7,411 bases of DNA from contig CAZTWG010000024.1 of the NCBI GenBank assembly GCA_964617525.1, positions 1 through 7,411 on the forward strand, given 5' to 3'. The position numbers and the translations under genes were made by a program. Each line of letters starts with the position of its first letter. The first letter of the stretch is position 1. Positions 1 to 5,932 of this stretch are shown in pieces. The notes beneath the pieces were generated by a model. That model worked only from the letters and a program-made list of their open reading frames with translations, did not search any database and was not told the origin of the DNA. Origin of the DNA: an uncultured Gammaproteobacteria bacterium. GTDB taxonomy: Bacteria; Patescibacteriota; Patescibacteriia; UBA2591; UBA6264.

Positions 1-456
1 AATTCAATCTTAAAGTTAAAATATTTTTGGCTAACGAAAGTTGTCATAAAACTACCTTTTGCAAGAAGAAGTCTTTATGTCAGACAATTTATTAAATTTC
101 TTTCAATCGGATCGATTTCTACTTTGATTGATTTTCTTATTTATATTTCCTTAACTAGATTTTTTGCTTTTGGACAAACTCACTATTTGTGGGCAAATTT
201 TATGGCAATGGTCATTGCTTCAACGGTCAATTTTTCATTAAACAAAAAATGGACTTTCACTGGCGGGAAAAAAAAGGCATTGCATCAATGTATTAGTTTT
301 TATATAGTATTAGTTGTTGGTTTGTTTCTTTATCAATTTCTTTTTGGGTTTTTCGTTAAAACTTTTGGTTGGCACGACATTGTTGCTAAGGCAATTACCG
401 CTTTTGTAATAATGTTAATACGTTTTCATTTACATAAATTTTGGGTTTTTAAATAA
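1..456 (+). CDS. GtrA-family membrane protein; 5' end unresolved (possibly the C-terminal domain of a longer protein starting upstream of the window)
   Basis: Frame 1 is open from nt 1 to TAA 454-456. The translation ...YVRQFIKFLSIGSISTLIDFLIYISL... (from nt ~79) looks like the conserved first GtrA helix. Further hydrophobic helices follow, with two family-typical loops: NKKWTF (nt 241-258) and HKFWVF (nt 433-450). The ORF-track TTG start at 124 would cut off that first helix. There is no in-frame ATG, GTG or TTG between nt 1 and 124. Confidence 0.75.
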   Translation, partial: NSILKLKYFWLTKVVIKLPFARRSLYVRQFIKFLSIGSISTLIDFLIYISLTRFFAFGQTHYLWANFMAMVIASTVNFSLNKKWTFTGGKKKALHQCISFYIVLVVGLFLYQFLFGFFVKTFGWHDIVAKAITAFVIMLIRFHLHKFWVFK

Positions 457-476
457 ATATAATTAATTATAACATT

Positions 477-935
477 ATGACAATACAAGGGGTTAAAATT
501 AAAAAAATTGAACGGCACTTTGACGATAGAGGTTTTTTTTCTGAGATTATTAAATTTGGGGAAGAAACATTTAAAGAGGTAAAACAAACTAGTTATACTG
601 AAACGTATCCAGGGGTTATTAAGGCTTTTCACTGGCATAAAAAACAATATGACGTGTGGTTTCCGCTTAAAGGTAATATACAGGTTGTTTTGTATGATAC
701 TCGAGAAAACTCTTCAACCTTTAAACAGACACAAGTAATTTATGCTGGGGAGGACAAACCTTTGCTAATACTTATTCCGCCAAGAGTAGCGCATGGCTAT
801 AGAGTTTTAGGTGTCAAGAGAGCAGGACTTTTATATCACACAAGCGAAGATTATGACGCCAAAAATCCCGACGAAGAACGCATTCCATTTGACGATGCTG
901 GTATAGCTTTTGATTGGGAGACTGAAAATAAATAA
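477..935 (+). CDS. rfbC: dTDP-4-dehydrorhamnose 3,5-epimerase family protein, short ~150-aa cupin form (RmlC/SpsL-like)
   Basis: ATG 477, TAA 933-935, 152 aa. Blocks match RmlC-family signatures: DDRGFFSE, GVIKAFHWH (His52 at the position of the RmlC catalytic base), YDTRENSSTF, IPPRVAHGY, and LLYHTSEDYD..DEERIPFDD..IAFDW (Tyr120 at the catalytic-acid position). It lies immediately upstream of rfbB. Confidence 0.85.
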   Translation: MTIQGVKIKKIERHFDDRGFFSEIIKFGEETFKEVKQTSYTETYPGVIKAFHWHKKQYDVWFPLKGNIQVVLYDTRENSSTFKQTQVIYAGEDKPLLILIPPRVAHGYRVLGVKRAGLLYHTSEDYDAKNPDEERIPFDDAGIAFDWETENK

Positions 936-941
936 TTTGTA

Positions 942-1025
942 GTGTTTTAATTAGAAGAACCCTTCGCTTTGCTCAGGAACCTTGAAATTAAATACTATTA
1001 TACAAAAATTAATGTGTTTTAATTA
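942..1025. repeat. Exact 12-bp direct repeat GTGTTTTAATTA (942-953 and 1014-1025) bracketing a 60-bp insert in the rfbC-rfbB spacer
   Basis: Read directly from the sequence. Copy 1 lies 7 nt after the rfbC stop. Copy 2 ends in the A of the rfbB ATG. The bracketed segment contains a locally GC-richer core, GAAGAACCCTTCGCTTTGCTCAGGAACCTTG, with GAACC occurring twice. Confidence 0.8.
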
Positions 1026-2023
1026 TGAAATTATTAGTAACTGGAGGAGCTGGTTTTATTGGTTCTAACTTTATCCATTATATTTTAAAAAAATATTCAG
1101 ATTACCAAATAACCAATCTAGACGCGCTTACTTATTGCGGAAATCTAGAAAATTTAAAAGAAGTTGAAAATAATGTAAATTACAAATTTGTCAAAGGTGA
1201 TATTTGTGATGTTGAATTAGTTGATAATTTAATAAAAAATTGCGATGCAATTGTACATTTTGCGGCAGAGAGTCATGTAGATCGTTCTATTTTGGATTCT
1301 TCTCCCTTTATTAAAACAAATATATTGGGAACGGTTAATTTATTAAATGCAGCTCAAAAATATAACAAAAGGTTTCACCACGTTTCAACCGATGAAGTAT
1401 TTGGTAGTTTAGGGTCTATTGGATATTTTTGCGAAAAATCTCTTTATGATCCTCATAGTCCCTATTCTGCTTCTAAGGCGGCAAGCGACCATCTTGTTCG
1501 TTCTTATTTTTATACGCACGGACTACCAATTACTATAACAAATTGTTCTAATAATTATGGGCCATACCAATTCCCAGAGAAGTTAATTCCTTTGTTTGTA
1601 ACGAATCTTTTAGAGGGAGAGAAGGTTCCTATTTATGGGGATGGTTTAAATATTAGAGATTGGCTTTATGTTGAGGACCATTGTCATGCCATAGATTTGG
1701 TATTGCATAAGGGCAAAATTGGAGAAACTTATTGCGTGGGGGGAGATGAAGAAAGAACTAATATGGAGATTACTCGTAAAATATTGGAAATCTTGGGTTT
1801 TAACGAAGAAAAAATTGAATATGTTGTTGACCGTAAAGCTCATGACAAGCGATATGCCATTGATGCTTCTAAAATTAAAAAAGAATTAGGTTGGCTACCA
1901 GAACATACCTTTGAAGACGCAATGGAAAAAACCATTAAATGGTATACAAAAAATCAGGAATGGTGGAAAAGGATTAAAACAGGTGAATATCGTGATTATT
2001 ACAAAAAACAATATAATAAATAA
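1025..2023 (+). CDS. rfbB: dTDP-glucose 4,6-dehydratase (extended SDR)
   Basis: ATG 1025, TAA 2021-2023, 332 aa. It has the N-terminal Rossmann motif TGGAGFIGSN, the catalytic STDE (T122/D123/E124) and YSASK (Y147/K151). RmlB-typical blocks are also present: NCSNNYGPYQFPEKLIPL, YGDGLNIRDWLYVEDHC, HDKRYAIDASKI..LGW.P and WY..NQEWW. Confidence 0.95.
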   Translation: MKLLVTGGAGFIGSNFIHYILKKYSDYQITNLDALTYCGNLENLKEVENNVNYKFVKGDICDVELVDNLIKNCDAIVHFAAESHVDRSILDSSPFIKTNILGTVNLLNAAQKYNKRFHHVSTDEVFGSLGSIGYFCEKSLYDPHSPYSASKAASDHLVRSYFYTHGLPITITNCSNNYGPYQFPEKLIPLFVTNLLEGEKVPIYGDGLNIRDWLYVEDHCHAIDLVLHKGKIGETYCVGGDEERTNMEITRKILEILGFNEEKIEYVVDRKAHDKRYAIDASKIKKELGWLPEHTFEDAMEKTIKWYTKNQEWWKRIKTGEYRDYYKKQYNK

Positions 2024-2026
2024 TTT

Positions 2027-2854
2027 ATGAAAAAGTTATTTGCTTTTATTGGTATTATTGCTCTTTTAGGAATGAGTTTAATCGGAGTACTCAATCTTTT
2101 GCTATCTAGACCAACAAATACAGAGCAATCAACAAATAATAAAATACAAGAAGATAATTTAATGACAAAGGGAAAAGAGCCAATTAATGTAGAGCCAATT
2201 TTATTAGAAAAATTGCCGAAAGAAGAAGAGGCTGATTCTATTTTAAGGCCAAAAGTTAAAATAGATGTTCCCTTTTACGTTCAATCTCCTTTTGCTAAGT
2301 GGGACGATTTACATAACGAAGCTTGCGAGGAAGCTTCGTTGATTATGGCAGAATCTTGGATCAAAAATGAAGTTTTGGAAAAACAAGAATTGAACCAGAA
2401 GATTTTAGATTCAGTTGTCTGGCAAAAAGAGAATTGGGGCGGACATTTTGACCTTAATTCACAAGAAGTAGTAGAGCTAGCTAATAAATATTTTGAGATT
2501 GAAAAAATATATTATACTTTTGTAAATTCCGTTGATGACATAAAGAAAGAACTAAATAAAGGTAATTTAGTTATTGTTCCAACAGCTGGTAGATTGCTAG
2601 GGAACCCATACTATCGTACTCCCGGACCCGCCTATCATATGTTAGTTGTTGTCGGATACAATAAAAAAGACATAATTACCAATGACCCTGGTACACGTAA
2701 TGGAGAAAATTTTTCTTATTCTAGTGATGTTTTTTTTAATGCCATTCATGATTGGCCATTTTCCATAAAAGAGTCTAAATTTCTTTCTAATGACGAAAAG
2801 GCAGAAGAAGTTAGTTTGCAGGGCGAAAAAGTAATAATAGTGGTAGAGAAATAA
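2027..2854 (+). CDS. Membrane-anchored C39-like (papain-fold) cysteine peptidase family protein, function unknown
   Basis: ATG 2027 is 3 nt after the rfbB stop; TAA 2852-2854; 275 aa. There is an N-terminal signal-anchor (FAFIGIIALLGMSLIGVLNLLL), then a polar linker. The domain then carries VPFYVQSPFAKW..HNEACEEASLIM (Cys100, nt 2324-2326), PAYHMLVVVGY (His204, nt 2636-2638) and ITNDPG (Asp220). This is the Cys-His-Asp order and spacing of the Peptidase_C39_2/YvpB-like group. The family assignment rests on motif recognition only, with no search run. Confidence 0.6.
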   Translation: MKKLFAFIGIIALLGMSLIGVLNLLLSRPTNTEQSTNNKIQEDNLMTKGKEPINVEPILLEKLPKEEEADSILRPKVKIDVPFYVQSPFAKWDDLHNEACEEASLIMAESWIKNEVLEKQELNQKILDSVVWQKENWGGHFDLNSQEVVELANKYFEIEKIYYTFVNSVDDIKKELNKGNLVIVPTAGRLLGNPYYRTPGPAYHMLVVVGYNKKDIITNDPGTRNGENFSYSSDVFFNAIHDWPFSIKESKFLSNDEKAEEVSLQGEKVIIVVEK

Positions 2855-2891
2855 AAAAACAAAGAATCCTTATATCCTTTGTAATTTATAT

Positions 2892-2926
2892 ACTAACCCA
2901 ATGAGTTGGGTTAGTTATTTTATTTC
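2892..2926 (+). terminator. Intrinsic terminator hairpin between convergent genes (probably serves both strands)
   Basis: Perfect inverted repeat ACTAACCCAA (2892-2901), loop TGAG, TTGGGTTAGT (2906-2915). On the + strand it is followed by the T-rich TATTTTATTT. It lies 38 nt after the peptidase stop. Its last stem base is the first base of the minus-strand PBP stop codon (2915-2917). Confidence 0.7.
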
Positions 2927-5872
2927 TATCTCTATTTTGTCAGTTACTAGAATTTTTCCGTTTACATCAATGACTTCTGCCCATATTTTATGTGAGCCAA
3001 TGTCAGCCATAGTCCAAGGGAAATTTATTATTCCTGCACTTTCTGGAGAGAAAATAGTTCCTAACAAATTAGAGCTTTCCCCTAATTTTTGGTCAAAGAA
3101 TTTAATTTTTTGGACACTCAGGACTGGAATAGCTAAAGAAAGATTGGTGGGGAAATTTTTTTGATAGATTGTTTGTCCAGAAAGAGGTCTTATCCAATTT
3201 ATTTTCATAACAAATGAGGATAAAGTTTTTATCCAAACTTCTTTAGATTTGTAGTTATCTATGTCGTCAAAAACGGAAACTTTAATTTTATGTATTCCGG
3301 CGTTTAATCCCGATAGATTAACTTCACATATTCTTTCTTCTTCTTGCCCTGAGTTTTCTGCATTGACTTCAATAATATCTAATACTATGTTATCCACAGA
3401 ACATTTTATTTTCTTTATCCCCCTCGTTGACGAGGCCTTAATACTAATTCCTAATATTTGTTTATTAATTTCTTCTCCATTTGATGGCGATAGAATGGTA
3501 AGAAAAGGTTCGTTGGCGGGAACATGTAAATCGTCATATTCTGTGGGTGGAGCTCCCGCTTTGTCAGGATTTTTGTTAAGCCATTCGGCAATTCCTTCTT
3601 GCCAACGTTTATATTGTGGGTCTAAAGATGGATTAGACGGCGCTGGACCTTGGGGGTCATCCTTATCTACGTAGTTTAGAATAGAGTAATAATTTTGGAA
3701 AGTTTTTTCTTCTACAAAAGATATTGGAGTTAATTCTGTAGCTAATTTTTGAGATGCTTTATCAATTTTAAGCGTAATGGTATCTTCGGGAATTTTTCCA
3801 TTAAGAATAGGTTTGTCGGTTTGGATTTCTTCTGGAGAGTTGAACTTTTTAACTGGCGTATCGGACAATACTTTTTTCATAAATTCATTCCAGATAGGCG
3901 CAGCTAGAGCAGACCCATCTGCCTTACCTACCATAATCTGATTATTATTGTTTCCTACCCATACGCCAGTGACTAAATTAGGTGTATAGCCAACCGTCCA
4001 CGCATCTCTAGAATTGTTAGTTGTCCCAGTTTTCGCAGCTACGGGTCTATTGGCCAAAGTGAGTGAACTTTTTTCTCCAAAAACATAACTGCGAGCTTGG
4101 TTGTCAGATAAAATATCGTTTATTTGGCGAGCAGTTTGGATAGATATTACTTGTTGTGATTCTACGAATTTAGTATCAGTTTCTTCTAATATTTTTCCTT
4201 GATTGTTTTCTACCCTTAAGATACAAGTAGTTGGTATTTTTTTTCCTTCTCTAGCGAATATGCCAAATGCAGCTGTATGCTCCAGAAGCTTAACCTCTCC
4301 TCCACCCAAAACCAGAGAAAGCCCATAACGATCAGGTTCGGTAAGTGTTGTGTAGCCCATTTTTTTAGCTAAGTCAAGAGAATTTTTGATGCCAGTAAGA
4401 TAAAGAGCTTTAACCCCAGGAATATTTAAAGAACCAGCCAAAGCTTTACGGATAGTTACTGGTCCATAATATTTTTCATTATAATTTTTAGGGATATAAT
4501 CTCCCCCCCCTGCTGGACCAAAGTTAGTTTCTACGTCAAAAAGAATAGTATCAGGTGTAAGTCCTTTTTCAAAAGCTGCAGCATATACAATGGGTTTAAA
4601 AGAGGATCCAGGTTGACGACTAGAAGTAACAATATCTACTTGTCCGTCAATTTCTTTATTAAAAAAATCTTTAGAACCTACCCAAGAAAGAATTTCTCCT
4701 GTCGGCACGTCAATACTAACTAATGCTGCATTTGAAGCTTGAAAGATTTTTTCGTTTCTTTCTGCGCGTTGAGTTATTATCTCTTCAGCAATATTTTGTT
4801 TGTTTATATCTAATGTAGTGATAACCTTTAACCCCCCTTGCTCTACTTGTCTTTGCCCGTATTTTTCAATTAATTGTTTTTTAACATACATTACAAAATG
4901 TGGGGCAATAATGTTTTCATGTTTGAGAACTATTTTTCCTAAAGTATCTATATTTTGAGCTTGCTTTGAAGCTACGTCGGTAATATATCCTTCTGCAGCC
5001 ATCGTTCTTAATATAAAGTTTCGGCGTTCAATTAATTTTTCTCTGTTGCCTCCGTAAGGAGAGTAATAGGTGGTAGCTTTCGTGATTGCCGCCAAAAGAG
5101 CTGATTCATCAAGGGTTAAGTCGCAAGCCGATTTATTGAAATAGATTTGACTAGCTGCTTCAATCCCATAGGCATTTGATCCGTAAGGAATTTCATTAAA
5201 ATACATTTGTAATATTTCTTTTTTTGAAAACTTTTTTTCAATTTGATAAGCTAGTAATAGTTCTTTTATTTTGCGGATATACGTTTTTTCTGATGTTAAA
5301 AAAGCATTTTTTACGAATTGTTGAGTTAAGGTTGAGCCTCCTTGCACTTTCCCGCCTTGCAATACATCAATGATTATGGAGCGAAGGATAGCCTGTAAAT
5401 CAAATCCTTGGTGTTGAAAGAATCCTTTATCTTCCACTACAATAGTTGCCCATATTAAGTTTTGAGGAATTTTCGACAAATCAATTATAGTTCTTTTCTC
5501 GTTGGCAAATATTTCATAAAGAATGGTTTTGCCTGTTCTATCATATATTTTAGTACTTTGAGCGACCTCTCTCTGAAGTAGTTTATCTGGTTGTGGTAAA
5601 TTGTGATTAATCCATGCAAATGTTATTGCTATTAAAGCACTAGACAACAAGGACAGAAACAATACTACAATTAAAATTTTCTTCCCAAAATAAGAAGAAT
5701 ATTTTATTTTCTTTTTTGGAATTAACGACCTTTTTTTCCAAGTTTTTGCTTTCCTTTTCCTAGGAACAGAAACCCTTTTGGAAGATTTCGTAATTGGTCT
5801 TTTTTTCCATGTTTTGTTTTTCCTTTTTTTGTTTATCATATTGAGATTTTTAAGGTTTTTTAATTTTAGCAT
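2915..5872 (-). CDS. Class A (bifunctional) penicillin-binding protein, PBP1A family: GT51 glycosyltransferase + transpeptidase, with polybasic N-tail and C-terminal tandem Ig-like domains
   Basis: GT51 motifs: EDKGFFQHQG (catalytic Glu, nt 5432-5434), GGSTLTQQ and RKIKELLLAYQIE. Transpeptidase motifs: SSFK (active Ser, nt 4604-4606), SLN and KTGTT. There is a single TM helix, ILIVVLFLSLLSSALIAITFAWI (nt ~5609-5677). I place the start at the first ATG of the ORF (5870-5872, MLKLKNLKNLNMINKK...). ATG 5837-5839 (MINKKRKNK...) is an equally plausible alternative. The ORF-track start at 5956 is a TTG that would run through the neighbouring gene's start and promoter. Confidence 0.93.
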   Translation of the reverse strand: MLKLKNLKNLNMINKKRKNKTWKKRPITKSSKRVSVPRKRKAKTWKKRSLIPKKKIKYSSYFGKKILIVVLFLSLLSSALIAITFAWINHNLPQPDKLLQREVAQSTKIYDRTGKTILYEIFANEKRTIIDLSKIPQNLIWATIVVEDKGFFQHQGFDLQAILRSIIIDVLQGGKVQGGSTLTQQFVKNAFLTSEKTYIRKIKELLLAYQIEKKFSKKEILQMYFNEIPYGSNAYGIEAASQIYFNKSACDLTLDESALLAAITKATTYYSPYGGNREKLIERRNFILRTMAAEGYITDVASKQAQNIDTLGKIVLKHENIIAPHFVMYVKKQLIEKYGQRQVEQGGLKVITTLDINKQNIAEEIITQRAERNEKIFQASNAALVSIDVPTGEILSWVGSKDFFNKEIDGQVDIVTSSRQPGSSFKPIVYAAAFEKGLTPDTILFDVETNFGPAGGGDYIPKNYNEKYYGPVTIRKALAGSLNIPGVKALYLTGIKNSLDLAKKMGYTTLTEPDRYGLSLVLGGGEVKLLEHTAAFGIFAREGKKIPTTCILRVENNQGKILEETDTKFVESQQVISIQTARQINDILSDNQARSYVFGEKSSLTLANRPVAAKTGTTNNSRDAWTVGYTPNLVTGVWVGNNNNQIMVGKADGSALAAPIWNEFMKKVLSDTPVKKFNSPEEIQTDKPILNGKIPEDTITLKIDKASQKLATELTPISFVEEKTFQNYYSILNYVDKDDPQGPAPSNPSLDPQYKRWQEGIAEWLNKNPDKAGAPPTEYDDLHVPANEPFLTILSPSNGEEINKQILGISIKASSTRGIKKIKCSVDNIVLDIIEVNAENSGQEEERICEVNLSGLNAGIHKIKVSVFDDIDNYKSKEVWIKTLSSFVMKINWIRPLSGQTIYQKNFPTNLSLAIPVLSVQKIKFFDQKLGESSNLLGTIFSPESAGIINFPWTMADIGSHKIWAEVIDVNGKILVTDKIEIEIK
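5726..5830 (-). repeat. Intragenic 36-nt imperfect direct repeat (period 69 nt) encoding [KR]KRKxKTWKKR[PS] twice in the PBP cytoplasmic tail
   Basis: Minus-strand nt 5830-5795 = AAAAAAAGGAAAAACAAAACATGGAAAAAAAGACCA (KKRKNKTWKKRP). Minus-strand nt 5761-5726 = AGGAAAAGGAAAGCAAAAACTTGGAAAAAAAGGTCG (RKRKAKTWKKRS). By my count 27 of 36 nt are identical. Confidence 0.7.
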
Positions 5873-5898
5873 AATTAGACCTAAATTACAATTGGCTA

Positions 5899-5926
5899 TT
5901 GGCAAGTTTTGAAAAGGTGGTATTAT
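5899..5926 (+). promoter_or_regulatory. Sigma70-type promoter with extended -10 for the solute-binding protein gene; a back-to-back -10 for the PBP gene overlaps it
   Basis: TTGGCA (5899-5904), 16-nt spacer, TGg (5918-5920), TATTAT (5921-5926). The predicted +1 at the standard distance is nt 5933, the A of the ATG. On the minus strand a perfect TATAAT occupies 5927-5922, but it has no good -35. The AT-rich background makes chance matches likely, hence the moderate confidence. Confidence 0.4.
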
Positions 5927-5932
5927 AGAAAT

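Noticed and set aside
77-127. 16-codon ORF MSDNLLNFFQSDRFLL from the only ATG near the gtrA 5' end
   Set aside because: It is too short and featureless to be an independent gene. It matters only as a possible displaced gtrA start codon (see the frameshift/fusion finding).
458-463. Perfect TATAAT hexamer between gtrA and rfbC, considered as an internal promoter
   Set aside because: There is no acceptable -35 at a 16-18 nt spacing and no TG extension. Such hexamers are expected by chance in this AT-rich spacer, and the 20-nt gap favours simple co-transcription.
426-647. 73-aa minus-strand ORF spanning the gtrA 3' end and rfbC 5' end
   Set aside because: It is antisense to two well-supported genes. 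Its translation is low-complexity F/N/K-rich with no family resemblance, typical of a shadow ORF in AT-rich DNA.
947-991. Imperfect inverted repeat TTAATTAGAAG...CTTGAAATTAA, considered as an rfbC terminator
   Set aside because: The stem is almost all A/T with two central mismatches and a 23-nt loop, and there is no following T-tract. It is not a credible intrinsic terminator.
1646-1843. 65-aa minus-strand ORF inside rfbB
   Set aside because: It is antisense to a strongly conserved RmlB region, has no recognisable motifs, and is a shadow ORF.
2901-3164. 87-aa plus-strand ORF antisense to the PBP C-terminus
   Set aside because: Its ATG lies in the loop region of the terminator hairpin. Its translation is Ser/Ile/Phe-rich with no motifs, while the opposite strand encodes a coherent Ig-like domain.
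3261-3674. 137-aa plus-strand ORF antisense to the PBP extension
   Set aside because: Its Ser/Leu/Cys-rich composition is typical of antisense translation. It has no start context or family resemblance and is fully embedded in the PBP gene. A genuine overlapping gene cannot be excluded without expression data, but nothing supports one.
5909-5932. TTG start for the solute-binding protein (MKRWYYRN...)
   Set aside because: The TTG lies inside the spacer of the predicted promoter. ATG 5933 gives a canonical signal peptide that is mirrored by the next gene's N-terminus.
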